Assembly: GCF_006345805.1 (NCBI RefSeq) | Contig: NC_043017.1 | Span: 11,284,001 to 11,348,000 of the forward strand | Length of the DNA: 64,000 nucleotides | Reading direction: 5' to 3' | DNA from: Octopus sinensis | Taxonomy: Eukaryota | Shown here: positions 1 through 13,267 of the stretch, piece by piece | How positions within the stretch are numbered: position 1 is the stretch's first letter | Layout of the letters: each line of letters opens with the position of its first letter | Made by a program: the position numbers and the translations under genes | The notes under the pieces: model-generated | The model's input: the letters and a program-made list of their open reading frames with translations, nothing else | The model's database searches: none | Told to the model about the DNA's origin: nothing

Positions 1-889
1 CTTTAAGTTTCTACCTACAAAATTCACTCGCTTGCAAGGTACAGGTCAGCCCAGAGCTATAGTAGAAGACACTTGCCCAAAGTGCCATGCCGTAGGATTG
101 AACCGGAAACCATGTGATTGGAAAGCAAGCTTCTTACTACACAGCCGCACTTGTATGTAAAATTTTTATGTTTTTAATCCGTCCCTTTCTAATTAGATTG
201 TAATTCGGTTGAGCAAAGTTGTGACAGGGATGACAATATATCTGAATCCCACCTGTAGGATTCTGGAACCTTGTATCAGTAGCAACATGGTTGTACTGGT
301 CCCATGAACTCCACCATGTGCAAACCCGCCCTGCAGTCATGGGGTTGGATTTCTACAGGCAATTCCATTTATTTGCCATCCTAGGGCTACATTTATTCAA
401 TAAGTGATATACTTTCTGAAAACAAATAAGTATAAGATCAATTTGATTAAAGTGGTTCTGAACCAGAGTCCACATTGATCCTTCAGGTCCACATAGATCT
501 TCATGTTCACATGACCCTTCAGGTTCACATAAGATTTTGTTGTTAACATTTATTTGCAATAAGTTGGTTATATTCCAACAATACACAAAATATTTTGACA
601 GTTTTTTCTGCAGTTCCTAATATTTAATTATAAGGGTATAAAAGGACTTTTTAAACATCAAATGGATATGAGGGTCCACCCGAGTAGAATAGGAATCAAA
701 GGGGTTCATAAGTAATAGTCGAAGCAAACCCTTCAAGATGATGCCCCATCATGGCCACAGTCCAGTGACTGAATGAAGCAAAAGGTATTATTTATTTATG
801 GCTTCGTTTGTGTTCAAGTCTCTTAAAAAGAAATAAAGATTTATTTTAAAACAACATTGTCAAAATTCCAAAATGGTATTGTTTTGCAG

Positions 890-1044
890 GAGGCATTCTT
901 GCTCAAGATCGTGGTCCTCCAATTCATCAGTTGGAGTTTTCACCATTGCCATCATCACAAGAAAAAGAACCAGAGACAACACCTGCTCCCACGGAAGTTG
1001 TCACCACCCCACAGAAACCAGTTTCACCAATAAAAGAGATTGAG
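890..1044 (+). CDS. PKN: PKN internal exon (Pro/Ser/Thr-rich linker upstream of the kinase domain)
   Basis: ttttgcag acceptor ends 889 and gtaagg donor starts 1045. Open frame GILAQDRGPPIHQLEFSPLPSSQEKEPETTPAPTEVVTTPQKPVSPIKEIE ends in phase 0, in frame with the next exon. Assigned by splice-phase continuity, not by a recognised motif. Confidence 0.75.
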
Positions 1045-1210
1045 GTAAGGATTTTTGGGTTTTGTTTTATAATTTGAAGAAATGAAAATCTGGTTTGTCC
1101 AATCTTTTTTACATGTTTTTGTCTTGGAGAAACAGTCTGCATTTATGATTTCTAATGTGTGTGTGAGCATACTCACACGTGCACACTACGCTTGGATTGT
1201 AGCCAAAAGT

Positions 1211-1492
1211 GGAGGCACATGGCCTAGTGGTTAGAGCAGCAGACTCGTGGTCAAGGGATTGCGGGTTCGAATCTCAGACCGGGCGATGTGTGTGTTTATG
1301 AGTGAAACACCTCAGCTCCAGCAGAAGGTAATGGCGAAACTTCTGCTGACTCTTTCGCCACAACTTTCTTTCACTCTTTCCTCCTGCATCTTGCAGCTCA
1401 CCTGCATCCAGGTGGGGAACCCATATGCCAAGAAACCGGGAAACCGGCCCTTATGAGCCAGGCATGGCTCGAGAAGGAACAAGCAACAACAA
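1211..1492 (+). mobile_element. tRNA(Arg)-like-head SINE, tail type 1, ending in (AAC)n-like repeat
   Basis: Head with A-box-like TGGCCTAGTGG and B-box-like GGTTCGAATC. The head recurs at 33312-33689 and 51233-51522. Confidence 0.75.
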
Positions 1493-1702
1493 ATTGTAGC
1501 CAAAAGGTTCTTATTAGCAGTTTGTCTCTCACCAAGGATATCCTATGGGAGGACAGGTCACAGTGTGTCCAGCTGTGGCCAGTCAGTCTGATGTGTGCTC
1601 AAAAGGTGTTTGCTGCAGGTCAGGCATTGGTGGTCTGTTGGGAGTGAAGGCAAGGAGTCGGATCGGGACTTGTGCTGGCGGCATGTGTAAAAGGATTCAA
1701 GT

Positions 1703-1912
1703 GAGGTCGTTGCCAGTACCGCCTGACTGGCACGCAAAAAGCACCCACTACACTTTCGGAGTGGTTGACGTTAGGAAGGGCATCCAGCTGTAGAAACTCT
1801 GCCAAATCAAGATTGGAGCCTCGTGCAGCCATCTCGTTCGCCAGCCCTCGGTCAAAATCGTCTAACCCATGCTAGCATGGAGAGCGGACGTTAAACGATG
1901 ATGATGATGATG
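1703..1912 (+). mobile_element. 3' portion of an abundant non-LTR element ending in (GAT)n (family B)
   Basis: Contains ...GTTAGGAAGGGCATCCAGCTGTAGAAAC...CAACCCATGCTAGCATGG.AAGCGGACGTTAAACGATGATG, seen in more than 15 copies in the window. Confidence 0.8.
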
Positions 1913-2308
1913 TTTTCTTTTGTGCCTCTGCAATTCTCTTCTGTTGGTGCAGCTTCGCCCCAAACAGGGCAGTTTTATGTTTCTCAGGTGTTAGGATTGA
2001 TCTGAAAGCTCTTCAGTGAGGCTCTGGGTGTGTTCTTGAGGTGCTTTCTCTGTCCACACACATGCATACGTGTCAACCCCACTAGTACTGGCTCCATGAT
2101 AAAGCACTCTGTATACACTGAAATGGTTGGCAATAGAAAGGGAATCCAGTCATAGAAACCATGCCAGAGCAGACACAGTCTGACGGATCTTGTCAAACTG
2201 TCCAATCCATGTCGGCATAGCAAACAGATGTTAAATGATAATGATTGATGTGTGTGTGTACATATATGTTTGTATATGTATTATATGTGTATCATATTAA
2301 TTTAGTTT

Positions 2309-2595
2309 TGAGCTTGAATCCCGGACCAGGCTGCGTGTTGTGTTCTTGAGCAAGGCACTTTATTTCACGTTGCTTCAGTTCACTCAGCTGTAGAAATGAG
2401 TTGCGACGTCACTGGTTCCAAGCTATATCGACCTTTGTCTTTCCCTTGGATAACACTGGTGGCGTGGAGAGGGGAGGCCGGTATGCATGGGCGACTGCTG
2501 GTCTTCCATAAACAACCTTGCCCGGACTTGTGTCTAGGAGGGTAACTTTCTAGGTGCAATCCCATGGTCATTCATGACCGAAGGGGGTCTTTACC
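2309..2595 (+). mobile_element. SINE with body TGTGT.CTTGAGCAAG.CACTTTATTTCAC and tail type 4 (5'-truncated)
   Basis: Shares the central body with 45355-45675 and 21935-22181, followed by a different 3' tail. Confidence 0.65.
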
Positions 2596-2850
2596 CCTTT
2601 ACAAGAATGCAAGTCACACTGACTTTGAAGGTTTGGTCTGTTGACCTTTGTCGGACTGTTGAGCAGGCCAAAACTTCAAAGTCATTATCACCCATCTTCT
2701 TTTAAAAGTATGATAAATGTGTACTCTAGAAATAAAATGTACTGAGTTATTCTTCAGTTTAACATATGTGTGTGTGTGTGTGTGTGTGTATACACTCACT
2801 CACACATATATACATGTGTGTGTGTGTGTATACACTCACTCACACATATA

Positions 2851-2887
<37 letters not shown>

Positions 2888-2960
2888 ATATTAAATTGTA
2901 TTAATCGTGCATTGCATCGATTAAGGAAATGTACTGATTGTTTTGTTTTCTTTCCTACAG

Positions 2961-3124
2961 GCTGTGTTATCTTCATTTAACTTCCTTCCTGATGATTTAA
3001 TCTCTGACAACTCAGTCATTGATTTGGAAGATACAGAAGTCCCGACCCTTAACAGAAAAACTCCACCCTTCTTAGATAGCCCAGTAAAGGAAAAAACACC
3101 AGTTTCTTCACCGACATCACCAGA
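2961..3124 (+). CDS. PKN: PKN internal exon (linker)
   Basis: tttcctacag acceptor and gtatgt donor. AVLSSFNFLPDDLISDNSVIDLEDTEVPTLNRKTPPFLDSPVKEKTPVSSPTSP ends in phase 2 (ga), which matches the leading t of the next exon (GAT, Asp). Confidence 0.8.
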
Positions 3125-4515
3125 GTATGTATTTTTCTCTTCATCCAACTCCTTTCCTGTCTCTAATCATCTCTCACACTATTTTCACTCATACATTTAC
3201 CTACGCATACTCTTTTTCTGCTCTCCTATCCTGTTCTCTCTCATGTTCATATTGTATCTGGACCTCATCTCTCTCTCCCTCTGTGCCATGTATTCACCTC
3301 TTCAGTAACACACCTGCTCCTTGTCTCTCCAGTATAATTTCTTATCCTTCCGTTCTATACCCCAGCTCAGTTGTGGGGTCTTATCTTGTGGGTACTTGGT
3401 GATTTTACTGGTGCTCGTGTCACATAAAAAGCACCCAGTACATGCTTAAGTGGTTGGTGTTAGGAAGAGCATCCAGCATTAGAAACCTTGCCAAAGCAGG
3501 GATAAAATCTGGTGCAGCCCTTGGGGTTGTCTGTTCTTGTCAAAATGGTCCAACCCATGCCAACATGGAAAAGGGGATTAAATGATGACGACGATGATGA
3601 TTTCAGGAGGTGCTTAACTGATTCGTGACTATATTCCCTTCACAATAATACATTCTCTTTCCCTGTTTTAATTCTCAAAAATTCTTCTGGAATGGAAACT
3701 CCCTTTCTTGAAAGAGGTTTGTATGGGTTGATAGCAGTAAATGCATTCAGCTGTGAACAGTCCTGTCTGTATTTCTTCCCATCTAAGCCATGCTAACATG
3801 GGAAAAGATGTTGAACAAAACAAATGAACTTCATGTGGAAAGTTTTTTTTTGTTTTGTTTTTAATATAAAACAGCAGGCATGGGCGTGGCTGTGTGATAA
3901 GAAGCTTGCTTCCCAAGCACATGGTTTTAGGTTCAGTCCCACTGTGTGCCACTTTGGGCATTTGTCTTCTATTATAACCTTTGGCCAACCAAAGCCTTGT
4001 GAGTGGATTTGGTAGATGGAAACTTAAAGAAACTGTCATGTGTGTGTTTTTGTCCCCCACTACAACTTGACAACCAGTGTTGGTGTGTTTATGTCCCTGT
4101 GACTTTGTGGTTTGGCAAAAGAGATCAATAGAATAAGTACCACACTTGAAAACTAACAAGTGCTGGAGTCAATTTGTTTGACTAGAAACTCCTTAAGGCA
4201 GTGCTCCAGCATGGCCACAGTCCAGTGACTGAAACAAGTAAAAGATAAATGGTAACTGTTTTACCGTTAAAAAAAATAAAAGAAATTAGAAAAACTTTTT
4301 ATTATACATGTGAGTAGTTATACAGCTCCTTTGCAAAGAAGAAACTCGCTCTGCTCTGGTCCCCTTCTCTCATATTTTAACCCCTTGTCTCCTAACATGT
4401 CAAATGAGGACCCTATTGAAATGAATATCTCTTCTTACAACAGTATTTTCATTTCCTTTATTGATTTCATAAAAGATTTCCTTGTTTCTTTTATTTCTGT
4501 TTTTCTCTTCTTCAG

Positions 4516-4588
4516 TTACAACCATCAAGAAGTTAAAATGTCACAGTTTAGGCCGATAAGTGTACTTGGACGAGGCCACTTTGGTAAA
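4516..4588 (+). CDS. PKN: PKN exon: start of kinase domain, Gly-rich loop
   Basis: ttcttcag / gtaagt. YNHQEVKMSQFRPISVLGRGHFGK carries the GRGHFGK loop typical of PKN. Confidence 0.95.
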
Positions 4589-5369
4589 GTAAGTATATGT
4601 CTTGCTGTAAATTCAGATTGGTTGTAGTAACTTTTTGTATTAGGGTTTTGAATATAGTTTCTCTTTTAATGGGTTGGAATAAGATGGAGAAACACATGGG
4701 AAAACTAAAGTAAGCTGTGTGGTTAAAAAGCCATGTGGTCTTGGGTTCAGTGCCACTGCATGGCACCCTGGGCAGGTGTCTTCTGTTGCAGTCTTTTGTG
4801 TGGATTTGGTCGATGGCTTTTGAAAGAAACCTGTCGTGTGTGTTTGTGTCTACCCTTATATTGACATCCTATTTAATATGCACACACAGACAGTCAGACA
4901 GACAGAGATACCCTTTCTCTCTTTTTGGTAGTATCTCAAGTCTGAGAAAGACAGTTCTGCAGCTTCTTGCTGAACAACCTGCGCAGGTGATCATCAGGTG
5001 TGGAGAGAGAGAGAGACACTAAAACATCTGATGTCAAATAAGTCAGTATCAAATCAGAAAGGCAGCATTAAAATGGATTGTGCTAAAACATCTCATTTTG
5101 GGTCTGTGTTGTCTGATGTGTCATTTCTTTTTCCTAGACATTAGGGAGCATGAATTGGATGGGTATTAAACCATCCCCTATAGAAATTTCTTTATTGACA
5201 CAGTGTCTGTTGTGTTCTTCCTTTAGTTTCTGTCATTCTTCTTTTCAGCGAGCTGGCAGAAACGTTAGCACGCCAGGTGAAATGCATAGCAGTATTTCGT
5301 CTGCCGTTACATTTTGAGTTCAAATTCCGCCGAGGTTGACTTTGCCTTTCATCCTTTCGGGGTCGATAA

Positions 5370-6180
<811 letters not shown>

Positions 6181-6557
6181 ATGTGTGTGTGTTTGTATAG
6201 AGTCATCTAAGAATCTCAAGAACAACAGGTACTCCTATAGAATGGATATATTAATCAAAGTATACAATTCTGTAAAAAAAAAAAAAAAAACTTCAGCTGA
6301 TCTTACCAAGTTGGTTTTCCACAGAACATTAGGCTCAGGATTTAGAAGCAGGTATGGAAGGAACAAAGAATAGCAAAAGAGTTGCTATATTTTTTCCACA
6401 CCTGCCATCTCTGAAGAGCATGTGTATTGCACAACCACAGTTACCTGATATCTGTTGCAAAACCAGTCCATAAGATTGACAGTAATGGATTTATAATACA
6501 ATATGCTTAGATTAATGTGTGTGTGTATAAACTCTTCCTTTTCTTTCTAAGCATTAA

Positions 6558-6777
6558 CCCTTTTGTTACTAACCCGGCCGAAACCGGCTCTGGCTCTGTG
6601 GTAAAATGTCTTGTTTTCCTAAGTTTTGAATTCAAATATTCCACCAACCCTTAGTCAATATTTATGTTCCAAACACTAGCTTAATAGTAACTAAGTTATT
6701 TTACTAAATTCTTTGTTATATTTAAAATAATTGAAAGAAACACAGAGCATCTCAAAATAAATACAGTAACGAAAGGG
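6558..6777 (+). mobile_element. piggyBac-like MITE (220 bp)
   Basis: Ends CCCTTTTGTTAC ... GTAACGAAAGGG, flanked by TTAA and TCAA. Same element as 30927-31146 and 45978-46199. Confidence 0.8.
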
Positions 6778-6957
6778 TCAAACTACTACAATATTTATTA
6801 AACCTTGGCCCTCCTGTGTTGTCTTTTGGTTTTTGTTTTTATTAATTGCCATTCACAATAAATAAATACTTATACTTATATAAATACTTATATGTTGTCT
6901 TTGCTATATTCGTCAGTTGATGCCTACTTAAACGTAGTTATTCTCTTACTTCTTTAG

Positions 6958-7110
<153 letters not shown>

Positions 7111-7337
7111 TAAATTCAGAAACGTCACTTTACCTGTCTTGTTTTCTTGTTCTTTGTTTTCCTTCTTTTTTAAAAATGAATTTGAAATATTTTTTTCTTT
7201 GACACATGTATAATATAAGTACTGTTCCAAGACCTAACATGGATGTTAGATGTGATGATGGATGATGATGATGATGTGTGAGTGTGTGCGTGCATGTGGA
7301 CACTCTTGTCTTGATATCGTGGCATCATCATCATTTA

Positions 7338-7752
7338 ATTATTATAAAATTATTAACCATCTTACAAACAATAACTCTGAGCACCTTTTCAAACTCCACC
7401 TGTCTAACACCCGTGGACATGTTTACAAAGTCAGAAAACAGCACAGCTCCCATGACTTTCAGAAACATTTTTTCACGCTAAGAGTTGCTGAAGCATGGAA
7501 CAAACTGCCGGCATCAGATGTTAGTTGTCGGAGCACTGCATCCTTCAAAACTTCCATGCTTCCTGAGATTCGCCAACACTACACCTGATTTTCTCCCTTC
7601 CATACACATGCAAGCATGTATCTGACTCATACATTGTTCGCTTTCCAGACATTTGTACATTACTGCATATGCTTTATATGCACTTTTTGACAAGTTGCGG
7701 TGCACCTGAGCACTGTATACAATAATTTCATTATTATTATTATTATTATTTA
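7338..7752 (+). mobile_element. CR1-type LINE 3' end
   Basis: YYKIINHL...NTRGHVYKV...KHFFTLRVAEAWNKLP matches the CR1/L2 ORF2 C-terminal pattern (TRGH, FF..RV...WN.LP); 3' UTR ends in (ATT)n. Confidence 0.8.
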
Positions 7753-8134
7753 ACATCTATTTTCCATGCTGGCATGGGTTGGACGGCTTGACAGGAACTG
7801 GCAAGGCCAGGGACTGTGCCAGGTTCCGTAGTGTTTTGGCTTGGTATCCACAGCTGGATGCCCTTTCTAATGCCAACCACTTTACAGAGTGTATTGGACG
7901 TCTTTTACAGAGCACCATCACTATGTGATGCTTATTAATGAGCATCACTATCGTACAAGTGGGGTTGTTTTATTTCTGGTTTTTAAAAAGAAAACCTATC
8001 TGGTCATGGGAAAACATTACCTTGCTTGAACACTGGTGAGGGTTTCTGGCTGTAGAAAACAAGCGTCAGGAAAATTCATCGGATCTATGCAAGCATGGGA
8101 ATGGAAGGTGGATATTAAATGATGATGATTATAA

Positions 8135-8500
<366 letters not shown>

Positions 8501-9120
8501 TAAATTGAGTAAATGACATCAACACATAGTGTTATGAAACTATGTACCATATTTGGTAGCATAAAAGATACACAGGTATATTAGAGATGTACTCTGATTT
8601 CAGCAGCAATTATTCAAGTAAAATATGTTTAGTACATTAAGCCGTATAATATTTAGAGTAATGTAGTTTTACATTAGAAAATCTGGTAAAAGTACCTTAG
8701 CAAGAGCACAAAATGTTACCATGTATTACTGACATTTTACAGTGTCAGGCCTGGTAGAAGAGATCGTCTGGATTAAAATTAGCCTATAATAGTGAATGTC
8801 AGGGACAAAATTAGCTTATGGAAGGCCCATTTTAGCATAGTGGGTTTGTTTGTTTTCTTTTTTTGGAGGGGAGAAATTTATGGAAAAGTGCATGTTGTGT
8901 GCCATCCAATACAGTATATAGTTTTGTTTCATCTTGGTTCCCACGTTACTATTTTCTGTGGTAATTCTTAGAGGCAAAAAAAAATATAATGAAAAGATGA
9001 CATTATTATACTTATTCCAAAAACATGCCACTGGCCATTCTGAGTTATTTCTCTCAGATCATCAACTTACCCCTGGGCCGCCATAAATGTATTCTACTCT
9101 TTTTATATAAGTCTATGTCT

Positions 9121-9217
9121 CTTGTCTACTACAGGTATGTTAGGATAGTTATCATACTGATGATGCCTATTGAAGCAGAAACATGTGTCCATGACTGTCT
9201 TCTTACCTCTAGACAAT
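9121..9217 (+). ncRNA. Type I hammerhead ribozyme-like motif in a PKN intron
   Basis: CTGATGA 9157-9163; stem II TGC/GCA with loop CTATTGAA; GAAA 9178-9181; short stem III AC-ATGT-GT; GTC triplet 9187-9189; long bulged stem I (9142-9155 with 9191-9201, extended by AGGTA/TACCT and TTGTCTA/TAGACAA). Deviations: A-C at pair 2.1/1.1 and U-A at 10.1/11.1. Confidence 0.7.
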
Positions 9218-10087
9218 AAGCCTGTCCTCCAATGAAGCTGTATTGTGATACACAAGCACTCAACTATGAGTGCATTGCTTCTTATAGCAGAAACAGCTGT
9301 AAGCTAATGAAGTTGATTCCATAATTCCTTGTTCCCTTGGCATTTATCTGAGTTTCTTATTACTGCTTTGTACTCAACCAACGCATTTTTCTGAAGCAGG
9401 TGTATATAGAGCTCCAACACTAGATTATTGATATCACTATACCTTAGCAATATATGTATATATGTAATGTGACCGCGTGTATACCGTTGGCGATTTTTTT
9501 TTCCTCTGTCTTCCCTTCCTTGGATCTTTCCTTTTTCTGTGTTTCTGACAAAGAGCTCCACTCAAAACTTTAAATCCTCCTTCTTTCTTTCCTTTCCTGA
9601 GCGTCCAATAACACTATACTTGTTCCACGTCCTCACATTGTTGTGTTTTCATGTTTGGATTAACTCTATTTATATATATATGAACTGTTTCGCGTTGAAG
9701 GATTATTCTGTCAAATGTAATCCTTTATTTATTCACATTGTTTTGAATTAGTCATGTGTTTGTCTGCTAGCTTTGTGATTCTGATGATGCGATTTAGTTT
9801 TAGAATGGACGTTGTAGGATAGGTGCCTGTGAGAGGCCGGATTTGGTCAGTTTGAACATAGAACAGGTACAAATATAAGTGCTGCTAAATGGTTTAAGCA
9901 ATCTGGTACTACATTACAAAACATTGCCAAAGCACCCTAACTATAGCAGAAGACATTACTGTATCCAGTTAGCCAAGCTGGGGAGAAGACTGGTGACTCA
10001 GGTTGAGGTTTTGGTCTTGACTTTTCTTTCTTAGAAATGCGTCTTTATGCTATGAAAGATATATATATATTATATGTATATAGGATT

Positions 10088-10500
10088 AGGTGTGGCTGTG
10101 TGGTAAGTAGCTTGCTTATGAACCACATAGTTCCTTGTTCAGTCCCACTGCGTGGCACCCTGGGCAAGTGTCTTCTACTATAGCCTCGGGCCAACCAAAG
10201 CCTTGTAAGTGGATTTGGTAGACGGAAACTGAAAGAAGCTCGTCGTATATATGTGTGTGTGTATGTATGTATATATATATATATATATGCATGTGTTTGT
10301 GTGTCTGTGTTTGTCCCCACCTACATCGCTTTACAACCGATGCTGGTGTGTTTACGTCCCCGTTACTTAGCGGTTCGGCAAAAGAGAACCGATAGAATAA
10401 GTACTAGGCTTCCAAAGAATAAGTCCTGGGGTCGATTTGTTCGACTAAAGGCGGTGCCCCAGCATGGCCGCAGTCAAATGACTGAAACAAGTAAAAGAGT
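10088..10500 (+). mobile_element. Family A SINE, near full length
   Basis: Same head, core and tail as 5736-6180 and 57733-58144. Confidence 0.85.
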
Positions 10501-11058
10501 ATATATACATGTTGGTGATATTTTACAAAGAAATTAGTCTATGCAGAAGTTACCTCCCTTGGCCTATTATAATTTTTTTTAAAAATAATCTTTGCTGAGA
10601 ACGTCAAAACATTTTTTATGTGCGTGCTACAAACTTGAATGTCATCATATTAATGTTTGCTTTATGTTTATTTTTAAAGAAAACAAAAAGATTTGTTTTT
10701 AAGCTTTTATTTTCCAGGTTTAAGTATTTTTTTCACATTCCACATTGTCAAAACTTCGGGATTTCATGTGTATTTTTTTTTTTATCCAAAATGGAAAAGC
10801 TGGTCAAATTCATTTATAGATATACAATGAAGAAGAAAAACATGTTAAATTTTATATACATATTAGTTTATAACATTTTATAGAACATTTTTAATTATCA
10901 TTTTTATTATAATTAATTATTATCATGATCATTATTTATTTATTTATTTTTTTTTTTTGGCTTGCATGAAGTTTCATAATGTAGTTTTAGTCACTAAGTA
11001 ACAAAGACATCGTTTGGCTCCTTATTTCTTCTTCTTCTGTAGTAAAACTACTAAAACA

Positions 11059-11482
11059 GGATCTTTTAGGTTTGAACGACAGTTTTTTTCTAGCAGTGTC
11101 ATATGAAATTGTCACCCATAATTATGACCCTAGTATCGATCTATTGCATTTCAATCTGTTTTAGGGTTGGGGTAGGGGTGGGGGGAAAGAGTATCTTTTT
11201 TTCTTCACAAATGTAAATAAACCCGATCTGTTTCTTAAACGAGGGACATATTCATACGGCACAGAATGTTTTCACCTCCAATAGACGTCATTGATTGGTT
11301 GAAATTGCAGAAATTGAAGAAAAAAAAAAACAACAAATATCTTACAAACTATAGAATTTTCTCAATAAAGCCAAGAGAAAAAAGATGTTTTATAAACACA
11401 TTCTATCAGTATACGAAGTTTAAAAGTGTTTAGTTACGTGGAAATTATTTTAAAAACACTGCCGTTCAAACAGAAAAGATCC
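11059..11482. mobile_element. Non-autonomous DNA transposon with 31-bp TIRs and 8-bp TSD (Merlin-like)
   Basis: TIRs GGATCTTTT..GTTTGAACG.CAGT (4 mismatches in 31 bp); perfect TSD CTAAAACA at 11051-11058 and 11483-11490. Confidence 0.8.
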
Positions 11483-13042
11483 CTAAAACAATTTAGCTTC
11501 AGTTAGAACCACATTGATATGAAACAAGCTTGAAACAGCATCACATTTATAAGACAGGCAAATGAACATTTGATTTCTTATATAGACTGATGGATGCCTT
11601 GAATTTATGAAAGAAGTAAATGAATACGTGTGGTGTTCATGCTTTTCTCAAGATTGTTTAAATAGCACAGACCAAATACTTGGCCTTAGACCTGCTCCAT
11701 TTGGAATGTATCTTACCTCCTACTTCACTTACCACTAATAGTAATAATAATAATAATAATGATAATAATAATAACAAACAAAATCTTAATTCTCAGTATT
11801 TGGTCTTATTTTCTCCCCTGCAGTCTATTATTATTAATGCTAAATAACCGTCACTGTGAAATAGTCAACTTGCTGTTAGTTGAGGTCTCTGGTTGAGACT
11901 AGGAACAGCAGCAACAGTTAGAATAATAACCATGTAGGTACAAGGCCAGCAATTGTGAGGGGAAGTGGGGTCTAAGTTGATTACATTGACTCCAGTACTT
12001 GACCGATACTTTATTTTATTGACACCCCCAGAAAGGGTGAAAGGTCAGACTTGGCCTTGGTGGGATTTGAACTCGGAATATAAAGAGAGGGGGACAAACT
12101 CTGCAAGGTATTGTGCCAGTCCACAATAATAATAATAATAATAATAATGATGATGATTATCTTCTGTAAAACTCTCATGGCTCCTGTGCCGGGGGCACGT
12201 AAAAAAATACCCGCTACACTCATGGAGTGGTTGGCGTTAGGAAGGGCATCCAGCTGTAGAAACACTGCCAAATCAGGCTAGAGCCTGGTGCAGCCTCCAT
12301 GGCTTGCCAGACCCTGGTCGAACCATCCAATCCATGCTAGCATGGAAAACGGACGTTAAATGATGATGATGAGTTGTAAAGTACAAATAAGAGTTTACTG
12401 TTCAGGACAGACATTAACAAACATAGATTTTTAATTTAGATAAAAGAATTTTTTTCTATATTAAAAGAACTGAAATTTATTTGAAAAATATATGTCGATT
12501 TAGCTATCTAAGTAGTGACTTAAGAGAATTGTCAGAATGTAAGACTAAAATACCTGGTGGTATTTGTTCTGACTTTTTACACTCTGAGTGCTAATCCCAC
12601 CAAGATCAGATTTGCTTTTCATCTTTTCAGGGTTCAACAAACCTTTTTGTTACTATATTTCTGTTGAAATATGCTACCTTTGTTACCCAAGAATTTAGTG
12701 AAATAACTTTGTTATTATCAAACTGGTGTTTAGAACATAAACTAATATGAAATTCTCAGAAGGCTTTGGTTTTTAAAACAAGGAACTTTTATCATAGAAC
12801 TAAGAGCAGTTTCAGGCAGATTGTTTTCAAAAAGGCCAACCAATGCCTTCAGAGTGGATTTGGTAGATGGAAACTGTATGAAAGCCTGTCATGTGTATGT
12901 GTGTGTATGTTCCATCCACCACTTGATAACTGGTGTTAGCTTGTTTACATCCCTATAACTTAGCTGTTCAGCAAAAGAGGCTGATAGAATAAGTACTAGA
13001 CTTTAATAAAATAAATGTTGGGACTAATTTGTTCATCTAAAC

Positions 13043-13267
13043 CAATGTTTCCCAACCCCCCTTTTTTTTTTACACCTGTGGGCCCCTTTGATTCCTTTTT
13101 TACTCAGACCCTCTTAGCCATTCAATGTTCAAAAGTATCATATTATGTTTTGGGAATTAAATATTTGTAGGAATTTTATTTTTAAAAATTGTTAAAATAT
13201 TAAATTTTAACAACAAAATCTTATCTGGAACCCTAAGGGCCATTTGGACCCTGGTTGAGAACCACTG
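13043..13267. mobile_element. hAT/Charlie-like MITE inserted into a family A SINE
   Basis: Ends CAATGTTTCCCAACC ... GGTTGAGAACCACTG; imperfect 8-bp TSD ATCTAAAC/GACTAAAC; SINE sequence resumes on both sides. Confidence 0.7.
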
